This document shows, piece by piece, positions 36,778 through 47,045 of a stretch of 64,000 bases of DNA. The translations under genes were made by a program, and so were the position numbers. The DNA lies in the IMG/VR virus record IMGVR_UViG_3300042691_042003, positions 62,001 through 126,000 of that record. The stretch is one strand, 5' to 3'. The notes below the pieces were generated by a model. The model searched no databases. It was not told the origin of the DNA and saw only the letters and a program-made list of their open reading frames with translations. The number at the start of each line of letters is the position of its first letter. Within the stretch, counting starts at the first letter, position 1.

Positions 36778-37438
36778 TGAGAATGAAGAGCTTGGAGAAT
36801 ACTTTTTTATGATAGAACCAATAATTTTAGAGATATACCTAAATAAGAATAATTATAAGGAAAGACTTCTGATAAATGATTTAAAGAAAAGTGCTAGAAC
36901 TATTAAAATAGATCATATTACTGAAGATTCTTCTTTCTTTGTTAACGCTTCAGAGGTAGAAGATATTCTTTATTCTAAGTATAAAAAAGAAATAAATAAT
37001 TTCGATTCTACTCATCCTAATCGTCTTTTAAATACTACAAATTCTATTTTCTTCTTAGAATCTGCTATTAGGGGATTTCAAAATCTAAGATATTTTAGAA
37101 TTCATGTTTCAGAAGATGAAGAGTTAGCAAAATCTAAGGGATCTATAGATTATAAAATAATGCATTCAAAAATAGATTTAGGAAAAAATCTAACTCCTGA
37201 ATTTTACGAAAAATGTATTTATGTTTTTAAGAAAATAGGTCTTTACGATCCTTCATTTTTAAATCCAAAACCTTATGTAGAAATTAATACAAGAGAGTTA
37301 TTCTTTCATCTTTATAAATACCAATCAGAATTTGAAGAAGAAGAGGAAGAATTTCATATTGTAGAAGACATTATTTCAATTTTTGGTCCTAAATTAGAAG
37401 CAGATAATTCTATGATATTAATTATTCTAGAAAAGTAG
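36767..37438 (+). CDS. Hypothetical protein
   Basis: 223 aa ORF. Confidence 0.7.
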   Translation: MISDENEELGEYFFMIEPIILEIYLNKNNYKERLLINDLKKSARTIKIDHITEDSSFFVNASEVEDILYSKYKKEINNFDSTHPNRLLNTTNSIFFLESAIRGFQNLRYFRIHVSEDEELAKSKGSIDYKIMHSKIDLGKNLTPEFYEKCIYVFKKIGLYDPSFLNPKPYVEINTRELFFHLYKYQSEFEEEEEEFHIVEDIISIFGPKLEADNSMILIILEK

Positions 37439-37465
37439 AATAAATATATAAATATAGTATTTTTA

Positions 37466-37858
37466 ATGGCTTTAGATGAAAAGAGGATTGAAGAAATTTT
37501 TAATACCCTAGAGGTAATTAAAACCAAGCTTCCTAATGGAGAATTAGAGAGCATTAAAATATCCATAGATTCTTTAAGATCCGATCAAAAAATTATTAAA
37601 GAAGATTTAGAATATTTTAAGAAAAGACTATTTAATCCCGATGATGGTATTATTGTTAAAGTAAATAAAAATACCGATCTAATAAATCAATTTAACGACG
37701 AATTAGAAGAAATTCCTGATCTAATTAATCGGATAGAGACTTTAGAAAGATGGAAAGCCTCGGTAAATAAAGCTTCTTGGTTTATATTCACTACTATAGG
37801 TGGTCTCGTTGCTGCTTTATTGACCTCTTTATTTCAAGGAATAAAGTTGATAAAATAA
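37466..37858 (+). CDS. Coiled-coil protein with C-terminal transmembrane helix (holin/XhlA-like)
   Basis: RIETLERWK followed by WFIFTTIGGLVAALLTSLF; late-type motif upstream. Confidence 0.5.
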   Translation: MALDEKRIEEIFNTLEVIKTKLPNGELESIKISIDSLRSDQKIIKEDLEYFKKRLFNPDDGIIVKVNKNTDLINQFNDELEEIPDLINRIETLERWKASVNKASWFIFTTIGGLVAALLTSLFQGIKLIK

Positions 37859-37868
37859 AGAATTATGA

Positions 37869-39710
37869 ATGAGATTCGATTACCAAATTATTTCTAATAA
37901 TATCACTTATAATACAGGTGATACTCTACTTATAGATTTTTCAAATCATTTTCCTTATGTAAAATCTATTGATTCTATAGATTTAGATTTTTCTCCTTTA
38001 GAGACGGATTTAGATGGACATGATATCTACATAAGATGGTCTTATGATATAGAACAGATAGATCGAGCAACAGGAAAACCTCATGTTATTTGGTCTGCTT
38101 GGGTACAATTACCTGGAGAAAAAATTACAGATTCTTCAGTATTTTCTAAAATAATCAGAAACGAATCCGATTCTTTCGATCTACAATTTAAGCTAGTTAG
38201 AAGAGGATCTCTATCAGGAGCTAGAAGAGTAGAAAGAATTGTTATCGAATATACTGAAGGAACTATTCCTGAATCGGTATCGGTTCCTCCTATAAAAAGA
38301 GAGCTATGTAAAGCCAATGCTTGTCCTACTACTAATTTTGCAACAGGGATTACAGTTAAATGTGATTCGAATCTTTTTAGACCTTATGATGTAATTAATC
38401 CTGCGATAAAGCTTTATCAAGAAATTTCTTGTGCAGTTTCCGATATGTTTGGACATTGCGTTAGATATTTTAAAACTCAAGCAAAAATTGAATCTGCAGA
38501 TCCAGTTCTTAAAGAATATTCTCTTTTTGATGTTACCGCGGTAAAAGACATTAAAGTTCTTGTTCCAGATAATCAATTTCCAGATAATGCTATTCGATTT
38601 CTTCCTTATGATATGGATTTTGGTGATGGTCTAGAAGTTCATATAGTTAAAGAACATTTCGAAAGAGCTTTTGGATATGATGATCTTCCTGAACAGAAAG
38701 ATTATATTTATTTTCCTCTTATAGATCGTATATTCGAAGTTAATTCTGCTTATCTTTTTAGGGATTTTATGGCTAACGAATCTTATTATAAAGTTATGCT
38801 TTATAAATGGCAAGATAAGCTTAACGTTATGCGTGAAAATCCTGAAATTGATGAGTATGTTAATAATTTACATGAAAGTCTTGATGAGGTTTTAGGTCCT
38901 GAAATTCAAAAAGAATACATTGAAATAACAAAACCTATGCAATATCAAACTATTGCTATCGGAGGTTACGATCATGTTAGAAGTCATATTAATCAAAATC
39001 TTGTTATAGAGAATAGAGATCTAACAAATTATTTTACGATAGTTGGAAAATATTTTTATGATATGACTAAAGGGATGAATTGGAATGATATTGCTGTACA
39101 ATATAAACTTAAAGTTAATAGAGATTCAAATTCTAATACAGCATTTACTATGTGGTTTAAACCCCAACATACTACAACTAGCACAAATGTTTATGATACC
39201 CTTCTTGACGGATATGATTTACAAAATCAAAAAGGTTTTCATCTTTCTTTAGATTATGTTAGTGCTACAGGACCTTCTAAATCAATAACATTAAGATCCA
39301 ATTCACAAGTTCTAACTTTTGATAAGAATTTTCCGATTCTTTCTAATAATGATTGGTATGCTCTTGTTGTTAATCATATGAATGAATTCGGTCAAGCTTC
39401 AGTTCATATTTGGAAAATGAAATATAATTCTTCTCTTCCACCTAACGGTCAACAGAGAACAACAGATCTCCAACTTATATTTAGTCAAGTTCTTAATATG
39501 AATTCAGAAGCTATTAATCCTACCGATACTATATTCCAATTAAGAGCCGGAACTCTTTATCAAACAAATATTAGAATATGGTCAGAATCTATGGAAGAAG
39601 AAGTACAACCTGTAACACTTAATCAATACGTTGTTAGAGAACAAGACTTAGCACTTCTCATTGATAATGCTGTCAATCCTTTGCGTCTCGTGAAGGAATA
39701 TGTAAGATAA
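37869..39710 (+). CDS. Neck protein (gp14-like core) with N-terminal beta domain and C-terminal LamG-like domain
   Basis: DMFGHCVRYF, F.RAFG...P..KDYIYFP...RIFEV; C-terminal AFTMWFKP, DWYALVV, IRIW. Confidence 0.65.
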   Translation: MRFDYQIISNNITYNTGDTLLIDFSNHFPYVKSIDSIDLDFSPLETDLDGHDIYIRWSYDIEQIDRATGKPHVIWSAWVQLPGEKITDSSVFSKIIRNESDSFDLQFKLVRRGSLSGARRVERIVIEYTEGTIPESVSVPPIKRELCKANACPTTNFATGITVKCDSNLFRPYDVINPAIKLYQEISCAVSDMFGHCVRYFKTQAKIESADPVLKEYSLFDVTAVKDIKVLVPDNQFPDNAIRFLPYDMDFGDGLEVHIVKEHFERAFGYDDLPEQKDYIYFPLIDRIFEVNSAYLFRDFMANESYYKVMLYKWQDKLNVMRENPEIDEYVNNLHESLDEVLGPEIQKEYIEITKPMQYQTIAIGGYDHVRSHINQNLVIENRDLTNYFTIVGKYFYDMTKGMNWNDIAVQYKLKVNRDSNSNTAFTMWFKPQHTTTSTNVYDTLLDGYDLQNQKGFHLSLDYVSATGPSKSITLRSNSQVLTFDKNFPILSNNDWYALVVNHMNEFGQASVHIWKMKYNSSLPPNGQQRTTDLQLIFSQVLNMNSEAINPTDTIFQLRAGTLYQTNIRIWSESMEEEVQPVTLNQYVVREQDLALLIDNAVNPLRLVKEYVR

Positions 39711-39863
39711 TTATCTACATATTATGTCTCTCATTTATAATAGTTTTTTCATTTATTTGAAACTCATCCCTTTTAAAAGTCATATAACCATTACAAGGAT
39801 TTCAGGTAAAGAAGAATATAGTAATTCAAGCCTCTTCTGAGATCATCCCAAAAAAATCAATTT

Positions 39864-40490
39864 ATGGATTCAGAGAACAAAGATAATCCTGCAAGAAGAT
39901 CTATAGAAGATCTACTTAATGAAGAAAACAATTTACCTACTCAATCAAGTAGTCTCCCTGCCTTTCAATTGAATGAGCCAGTAGATTATGATGAAATGAA
40001 AGCTTCTTCGATAAATAAATCAAAGAAGCTAATGAATTCTCTTCTTAAATTTTATCTCTCTCAAGAGCTAATAGATAATAATGAATATATTCAAGCTAAA
40101 GCAAAGCTTGAGATGATGACTCTTTCTAATTTAGTCAATCAAATGCAAATTGCTGAAAGAGCTATTACAACATTAATGAGAACTATCGATACAGGAGAAG
40201 TTACTCCTCGAATGTTTGAGGTTCTTGCAGGTCTTCAAAAGACAATGCTAGATATTATGAAACATCAAACTCTTCATATGATGGCTGCTGAAGAAAATAT
40301 GAAGAAGCTAAAAAGAGATATTGATGTTTATTCAAATACAATAGAAATTAAACCGAACCAAAAAATAGAATCAGGAAACGTTTCAAGAGGAACAAGAAAT
40401 TTAATGAAAGAGATTCAAGCTGAATTAGGAAATGAAGAAGACTCGGATGATCCTAATGATTTTGATTCTGATTCTCAAAATGAACTATGA
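39864..40490 (+). CDS. Terminase small subunit (gp16-like)
   Basis: PRMFEVLAGL helix and C-terminal GTRNLMKEI; position upstream of terL. Confidence 0.75.
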   Translation: MDSENKDNPARRSIEDLLNEENNLPTQSSSLPAFQLNEPVDYDEMKASSINKSKKLMNSLLKFYLSQELIDNNEYIQAKAKLEMMTLSNLVNQMQIAERAITTLMRTIDTGEVTPRMFEVLAGLQKTMLDIMKHQTLHMMAAEENMKKLKRDIDVYSNTIEIKPNQKIESGNVSRGTRNLMKEIQAELGNEEDSDDPNDFDSDSQNEL

Positions 40491-41173
40491 AAAATATAAA
40501 TACTTCTTTTAAATTTTTAAAATTTGGAGATTTTCAAAGAAAAGGACATAACGATAAAGAAATGGATCCTAGACATATAAAAAGAATAGAAGGGGAAAAA
40601 GTCATATATTTAACTTTCGATATGTGTCCTTCTTCTAAATTAGATTCTGATATTATTGATTATCTTAAGAAGAGTAGATATGAAGCTTCATTTTTTGTTT
40701 GTGTAGATTGGATCGAAAAAAATCAAGGAGGAGTTGATTTTTCATTTTTAGATGATCCTTCTTTTACGATAGGAGGGCATGGATATCATCACGTAGATCC
40801 TTTAAAGCAATCTGATGATGAGCAATTAGAAGATTTAAATAAAGCTCTTAATTATTGGATTGATTCTGGTAAAAAAATTCATTGGTATAGAACACCTTTC
40901 GGACATCCTACTGAAACAACTTTTTCTTTTTTGAAAAAGAATGGAATTAAATGTGCTTCTTGGTCAGGTCCAGTTTTTGATAAAAAAGACGGAGGTGTTA
41001 ATTATAATCCAAACGATGCAGCTAAATTTTATATCGAAAATTCTTTAAGAGATGGAGATATTGTTTTAATGCATGCTAATGGACAAGGAATTAATACTCT
41101 TAAAATCCTAAAAGAATTTACTTACGAATTATCTAAGCAAGGATATAAATTCAAAAAACTACCTAATGTTTAA
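40487..41173 (+). CDS. Polysaccharide deacetylase (NodB / CE4 family)
   Basis: YLTFD, ASFFV, GGHGYHH, YRTPFG, GDIVLMH. Confidence 0.88.
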   Translation: MKNINTSFKFLKFGDFQRKGHNDKEMDPRHIKRIEGEKVIYLTFDMCPSSKLDSDIIDYLKKSRYEASFFVCVDWIEKNQGGVDFSFLDDPSFTIGGHGYHHVDPLKQSDDEQLEDLNKALNYWIDSGKKIHWYRTPFGHPTETTFSFLKKNGIKCASWSGPVFDKKDGGVNYNPNDAAKFYIENSLRDGDIVLMHANGQGINTLKILKEFTYELSKQGYKFKKLPNV

Positions 41174-42971
41174 AGTAAAGGAATATCAAGAAGAAAAAGA
41201 AGAAGATGATGGTAAGGTAATTTGGACCTCTAAAAAAGTAGAAGATCTTCTTCGATCGATGGAAGAAGGATATCAAGCCGTACATCATCCTTTCTATGAA
41301 GGAGATCCTAATTATAAGAAAGGAAATATAGTTTTTGAATATACAGATCACGAATTTTCAGAAATAAAACGTTGTGCGAAAGATATTATTTATTTTGCAA
41401 ATACTTATTGTCAAGTAATGACCGATGAAGGTTATCAAAAAATAACACTTCGTCCTTATCAAGAAAGAGTTCTTAAATCTTATCAAGAGAATCGATGGAA
41501 TATATTTATGGCATCGAGACAGATCGGTAAAACAATTACTTCTTCTATTTTTCTCACTTGGTATCTTCTTTTCCATTTCGATAAAAACGTTCTCCTTATG
41601 GCTAATAAAGGTGCTACTACAAAGGAGATAATGGATAAAATCAAAGCAGTTGTAGAAGGTCTTCCTTTCTTCCTAAAACCTGGAGTTGCAAAGAAAGATG
41701 TAATGACTATGATATTCGATAATCGTTGTCGAATTATAGGACAAAACACAACTAAAACAGGAGGTATCGGTTTTACAATACACCTTTTATTCCTAGACGA
41801 ATTTGCACATATTCAAGAAAATATTAAGAGACCTTTTTACGAAAACGTTTATCCTACACTTTCTTCTTCTAAGATTTCGAGAGTAATTATTACAAGTACT
41901 CCAAACGGATATGATCTTTTTCACGATCTCTATCAAGGTGCTGTTGATGGAATGAATGAATATACACCTATTCGAGTCGATTGGTGGGAAGTCCCTGGAA
42001 GAGATGAAGAATGGAAATTGAGAGAAATAGCTAATTTAGGTTCTGAAGAGGCATTTAATCAACAATATGGTTGTCAATTCCTTAATTCATCTTCTCTTCT
42101 CCTTTCATCTGAACATATACTTAGATTAGAAGGAGATCAAAAAGATTTTATTTTTCAGGAAATAGATGATTTAGATGACCTTTTTATTGATTATTCTCAG
42201 CTTAAATGGGATCCAGATTTTGATCTTTTAGAAATAGAGGATGAAAAGAATTTTTTCCTTCTTTCTGTAGATCTTGCAGAAGGAATAGGTCGAGATTTCT
42301 CAATAATCAATATATTTAAGATAAAAACTATTAAAGATTATGATATAGAGAAACTTACATCTCCTGGAAATATATCAGAATTTTTTGGTATAGAGCAAAT
42401 AGGTATTTTCAGATCTAATGTTCATAATTTAGATGATTTTTCTAAAATTTTATACACTTTATGTGTAAAAGTTTTTGATCAAGAAAATTTAAGAATGGTA
42501 GTTGAATATAACACTTATGGATCAGAATTAATTAAAAATCTTATTTCTCTATATCCAGCTAGTAACGATTTTGATGAAGAAGTTATTGTTCGATATCATC
42601 ATAGAATAACATCAAAAATTAAAAGTTTAGGTCTTCGTCTTAATAAAGAAAATAAAATTCTTTATTGTGAAAAAATGAAAAAATGTGTAGGAGCCGGTCA
42701 AATTTTAATTAAAGATCGAAGAACAGTTGATGAAGCAAAAACTTTTTCTAGAAATCCTAATGGATCTTATTCAGCTCAATCGGGTAATGATGATTGTATT
42801 ATGTCATGTATTACTGCTTCTTCATTTTTTGATACTTTAGATTTTATAGAAATAGTCGAAGAACTTTTTGATAATATTGATACTGACACTCAAAAGCTAA
42901 TTGATAAAATGATAGAAAGTTCCGATACAGGAGATTCAACCGATTATTCTAGTTATGATTATATTTTTTAA
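41166..42971 (+). CDS. Terminase large subunit (gp17)
   Basis: LRPYQ, ASRQIGKT, LFLDEFAH, ITSTPNG, FNQQYGC.F, VDLAEG.G.DFS, NDDCIM. Confidence 0.96.
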   Translation: MFKVKEYQEEKEEDDGKVIWTSKKVEDLLRSMEEGYQAVHHPFYEGDPNYKKGNIVFEYTDHEFSEIKRCAKDIIYFANTYCQVMTDEGYQKITLRPYQERVLKSYQENRWNIFMASRQIGKTITSSIFLTWYLLFHFDKNVLLMANKGATTKEIMDKIKAVVEGLPFFLKPGVAKKDVMTMIFDNRCRIIGQNTTKTGGIGFTIHLLFLDEFAHIQENIKRPFYENVYPTLSSSKISRVIITSTPNGYDLFHDLYQGAVDGMNEYTPIRVDWWEVPGRDEEWKLREIANLGSEEAFNQQYGCQFLNSSSLLLSSEHILRLEGDQKDFIFQEIDDLDDLFIDYSQLKWDPDFDLLEIEDEKNFFLLSVDLAEGIGRDFSIINIFKIKTIKDYDIEKLTSPGNISEFFGIEQIGIFRSNVHNLDDFSKILYTLCVKVFDQENLRMVVEYNTYGSELIKNLISLYPASNDFDEEVIVRYHHRITSKIKSLGLRLNKENKILYCEKMKKCVGAGQILIKDRRTVDEAKTFSRNPNGSYSAQSGNDDCIMSCITASSFFDTLDFIEIVEELFDNIDTDTQKLIDKMIESSDTGDSTDYSSYDYIF

Positions 42972-43007
42972 GATTCGAAGATATATAATTAAAAAATTAG
43001 ACAAAAA

Positions 43008-46000
43008 ATGGCAATTTCTCCTAGTCTACAACAATTTAAGTCTTCTGGTGTCTATCGATTAGAATTCGATAAAAGTCAGATTACTAATATCCCTTCAGAG
43101 ACTATCCGATTGATTATTGGATTTTCTAAAAAGGGACCTTTTAACACTCCTGTATTTGTTCAGGATAATGTCTTTTTTAAGGCTGTTTTCGGTGATATCG
43201 ATCCAGTATTAGAAAGAAAAGGATCTTTCTTCCATAGAACTGCTTTAACATGCTTAACAAGAGGTCCTGTTATCGTTCTAAATCTTCTTAATTTAGATGA
43301 CGATCAAGATACTTCTCAATACGTTTCTGTATCTACTTCTGCAACTGAAATAAATTCTCCTGTAGATTCTGCTCCAGTTTCTAAATATTTTAATACAGAT
43401 AAATTCTGGTTCGTTGATCCTAATGAATTATTAAATGTTGCTAATTTAGGAGCTTATCAATCTGCTTTTGCTACTAGATTAATTAATTTTGCTAATGTAG
43501 GAAGGAAACCAGTTTCAGTTATTACAAGAAGATCTGATCTTCTTGGTTATGATGTACTTGCTAAAGAATGGTTTAGTGCAGGAGCAGTACCTTTCTTTAT
43601 GAATGAAAATGATTACATTTCTGATTATTTAATTGATGTAATTATTCTTGAAGGTGATTTTACTAATTATACTAATCTTTCAATCGATCCTATTTTTGGT
43701 AATTATTTTAATACTACTGGTCTTAAAAAGACAATTATCGACGAATATGGCTTTGAAAGAGATGGTTTAAATACTTTCCTTGCTCTTCCTCAAGTAAATG
43801 TTTTAGGTGTTTATTCAGGTTCTATAATTCCTGATTTCCAAGATCAAAATAATAATAATATTTTTGTTCAGGATCTAGTTAATCTTGAAACTTCTAAAAC
43901 TGGTGTTCTTATGGCTATCAATAGAGATGCCTTCGACAATGATACTTATCAAATGGGAGGAGTAGCTGGAAGAGTTATTTCAGCTGATATCGTTGATTTA
44001 GTAGGACATACCGTAGAATCTGAACAACCAGGTATAATTAATTTCCTTTCTTATTATGGATCTATTATACAAGATTTAAATTATGCAAATAAATCCGGTA
44101 ATCCTTCTATCTATGCTACTAGTATCGTAGGATCTCCTGTTGCGGGAACTACTGCTAATGCACTTCTTCAAGCTTCTACTTCTCTTCAAGGAGTTGCTGG
44201 ATATACTACTGTAGGAGCTACTGGATATTTCGATAAAATTATAATTTACGGTCCTTCTGCAACTAGACCAGCAACCTTTACTTCTGCTTTCGCAACTAAG
44301 GCTGATCTTACTACTTTTGCAGATTCTATTTCTGCCGGTAATTCTTTTATTAAAGTAGATTTAAAGAGAACTTCTGGACCTACAGGTTCTGTTAATTTTG
44401 CAGCTGTAACTTCTAAAGATTATGATTCTACAGCTGAAACTTTAACTCTTCAAACTCAGTTAATATTAGATCCTTCTTCTACTTATTCTAATTTTATAAC
44501 AGGACCTACTAATGCTGATTATGCATTCTTCCATATTTCTGCTCCAGGAGTTTCTGCTAATGGAGGAACTTCTACAATAGGAATCATTAAAAATAATGAT
44601 TGGATTTTCCAAGAAGGAGGTTTAGTATATGGAGGACCTAATTCTGGAGTAAATACTGCATTTTTAGATGGTATAATTTCTGATGGTGATAGAATTTCTA
44701 TAAACGGTTTAACTGGATCTTCAGGAGTTTATAAATACATAGATTTTACTAATTCTATCACTAATGATTTTTCAGGAAGTACATTTAATGGAAGTACTAA
44801 AGCATTTCCTTCTGGATTAGCTCCAATTTTTAATAAAAATCTAAGCTATACTTTTATTAGTGCTTATGATACTGCTGATTTCATTGGATTTACTGCAATT
44901 TCTGCAACTGCTTCATTCCCTATTAAAACCTTAACTGATAATATTAATGAATCGTTAGAAGTAGATTCATCTATCACTCCTAATAATCCTACTAATGTTG
45001 TTTACTTTGATAATTCAGCTGCTGGTCCTTTAGGATTAGCTGGATTCTTAAGTTCTACTGAGAAAAAAATAATCAAAGGAGATTATTTAGTACAAAATTT
45101 CGGAGGAACTGATGCCCCTAACTATTTAGATACTTCTAAAACCGGTAAATCTAGATTAACTAAAGTTACTTCAGTTATAGAATTTACCGATCCTCTTTCA
45201 CCTTATTATCAAAAAATTAAGGTAACCACTAACGATCCTATTTATATAGATCCTGTAGATGGTACTGTAGAAAGATATAAGGATATCAGAAGCTTCTTCT
45301 CTTATTATCGTCCTGTAGCCCTTAACGGATATTCTTTAAGAGATGCTCAAATGCCAAATGGATCAGTTACTAGACAAAATCAGATTCTAGATGTAATGTA
45401 TAATTCTAATCTTGCTAACGCACTTACTGATAGAGAATTAATTACATTCCGTTATATTATCGATTCCTTTGAAGGAACTATTGAACCAGGAACTAAGGTT
45501 CGTCTTTCTAGACTTGCTAAAAATCGTCAGTCAGCATTAGCAATTTGCAATATGCCTTCGGTTAAACAATTCAAGAATAGTTCTAACCCAATATTTAAGT
45601 TCACTCCTACTTCATCTTTCGATGCAAAATATATTGCTACTGGAGGTAATCTTGATCTAGCTCCTTCTAACATATTCTCTTTACCAGGAATCGCTGATGG
45701 ATCTAACTTTGCCGCTTACTATGGACCTAATTTGATAATTAGAGAAAATGGTGCAAATGTTTCAGTTCCTCCTGCAGCTCACGTTTCTAATTTGTACATT
45801 GATAAGTATAATTTAGCACTTCCTTATTCAATCGTTGCAGGTCCACGTAGAGGAGTTGTAACTGGAACTGGATTAGTTGGAGTTGAATTTGCATTCGATA
45901 GAAATGATCTTGATTCAATCGAACCATTTGGTTATAATGCAATTCTTAATAAGAGAGGATTTGGATTAGTTATTAACGCTAATCAAACTGCTCAACAGAA

Positions 46001-46343
46001 TGTTAAATCTGCTCTTTCTCAAATACATGTTCGTGAATTAGTAATTTACATCCAAGACGGTATCGAGGCAATTCTTAAGAATTATCGTTGGGAATTCAAT
46101 AATGCTCAAAATCGTCTTGAAATTAAGACTCTTGCAGATAATTTCTTATCTCAGATTCTTACTGATGGAGGACTCTATGATTATCAAAACATCATGGATA
46201 CCACTAATAATACAAACGAAATTATTGATAGTAACATAGGTATTCTCGATACTTACATCGAGCCTGCTAGAGGAATGGGTATACTTGTACATCGTACAAC
46301 TATTCTTAGAACTGGAACTATCGCTACTGGTAATTTCCTATAA
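43008..46343 (+). CDS. Contractile tail sheath protein (gp18) with large central insertion
   Basis: SSGVYRLEFD, GFSKKGP.NTP, VPPA, AGPRRG, SALSQIHVREL, FNN...R. Confidence 0.92.
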   Translation: MAISPSLQQFKSSGVYRLEFDKSQITNIPSETIRLIIGFSKKGPFNTPVFVQDNVFFKAVFGDIDPVLERKGSFFHRTALTCLTRGPVIVLNLLNLDDDQDTSQYVSVSTSATEINSPVDSAPVSKYFNTDKFWFVDPNELLNVANLGAYQSAFATRLINFANVGRKPVSVITRRSDLLGYDVLAKEWFSAGAVPFFMNENDYISDYLIDVIILEGDFTNYTNLSIDPIFGNYFNTTGLKKTIIDEYGFERDGLNTFLALPQVNVLGVYSGSIIPDFQDQNNNNIFVQDLVNLETSKTGVLMAINRDAFDNDTYQMGGVAGRVISADIVDLVGHTVESEQPGIINFLSYYGSIIQDLNYANKSGNPSIYATSIVGSPVAGTTANALLQASTSLQGVAGYTTVGATGYFDKIIIYGPSATRPATFTSAFATKADLTTFADSISAGNSFIKVDLKRTSGPTGSVNFAAVTSKDYDSTAETLTLQTQLILDPSSTYSNFITGPTNADYAFFHISAPGVSANGGTSTIGIIKNNDWIFQEGGLVYGGPNSGVNTAFLDGIISDGDRISINGLTGSSGVYKYIDFTNSITNDFSGSTFNGSTKAFPSGLAPIFNKNLSYTFISAYDTADFIGFTAISATASFPIKTLTDNINESLEVDSSITPNNPTNVVYFDNSAAGPLGLAGFLSSTEKKIIKGDYLVQNFGGTDAPNYLDTSKTGKSRLTKVTSVIEFTDPLSPYYQKIKVTTNDPIYIDPVDGTVERYKDIRSFFSYYRPVALNGYSLRDAQMPNGSVTRQNQILDVMYNSNLANALTDRELITFRYIIDSFEGTIEPGTKVRLSRLAKNRQSALAICNMPSVKQFKNSSNPIFKFTPTSSFDAKYIATGGNLDLAPSNIFSLPGIADGSNFAAYYGPNLIIRENGANVSVPPAAHVSNLYIDKYNLALPYSIVAGPRRGVVTGTGLVGVEFAFDRNDLDSIEPFGYNAILNKRGFGLVINANQTAQQNVKSALSQIHVRELVIYIQDGIEAILKNYRWEFNNAQNRLEIKTLADNFLSQILTDGGLYDYQNIMDTTNNTNEIIDSNIGILDTYIEPARGMGILVHRTTILRTGTIATGNFL

Positions 46344-46349
46344 AAAATT

Positions 46350-46378
46350 AAGAGCCGGTCTTACGGCCGGCTCTTTTT
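46350..46378 (+). terminator. Rho-independent terminator after sheath gene
   Basis: AAGAGCCGGTC-TTAC-GGCCGGCTCTTTTT. Confidence 0.88.
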
Positions 46379-46422
46379 AATGACTTTAGATAAATAATTA
46401 AATTAAAAAAAGAAGATAAAAA

Positions 46423-46974
46423 ATGCCAGGTTTACCTCATTTTCTAAACAGTAAAGCAGCTACTAAGTTTTACGAACCGTATTATCAAAACCTATTTGAG
46501 GTTACTGTAATTCCTCCAGCAGTTGTTTCCGGAGGATCTATCCTCATCGAACATGTTAATAAGATTTCTGGTCTTAATCAAGACAGAGGAACCGAAATAA
46601 TTACTCAGAAATTTAAATTTGCTGAAAGGAATTATGCTTCTGGTGTTCCTACTGGTACTAGTACTGATTTAAAGATAGAATTCTCTATGAACTTTAACGA
46701 TGCAAATGAATTCTATGTTTATAAAACTCTTAGAGATTGGTGGAGATTAGTTTATAATCCTCTTACTGGTGAGCAAGGATTAAAGAAAGATTATATCGGT
46801 ACTGTTGTTGTTACAAACTTCAATCGTAAAGGAGATATTTGGTGGCAGAGAACTTTCTATAATTGCATTCCTATGTCAGATATTCCTGAATTAACTCACG
46901 ATTACGGTGGTGGTGAAACTCAAGCTCTAGAATTTGGATGGAAATCCGACTACTGGTCTGAGAATATAGTATAA
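46423..46974 (+). CDS. Tail tube protein (gp19)
   Basis: NLFEV, LRDW..LVYNPLTG, KKDY, FYNCIP, DYW; follows the sheath. Confidence 0.88.
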   Translation: MPGLPHFLNSKAATKFYEPYYQNLFEVTVIPPAVVSGGSILIEHVNKISGLNQDRGTEIITQKFKFAERNYASGVPTGTSTDLKIEFSMNFNDANEFYVYKTLRDWWRLVYNPLTGEQGLKKDYIGTVVVTNFNRKGDIWWQRTFYNCIPMSDIPELTHDYGGGETQALEFGWKSDYWSENIV

Positions 46975-46991
46975 TTCTAAAATGATAATAT

Positions 46992-47017
46992 AAAAGGACT
47001 CTCTCGAGTCCTTTTTT
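46992..47017 (+). terminator. Rho-independent terminator after tube gene
   Basis: AAAAGGACTC-TCTC-GAGTCCTTTTTT. Confidence 0.88.
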
Positions 47018-47045
47018 CTTTTTAAATCATATAAAAAAGAAAATA

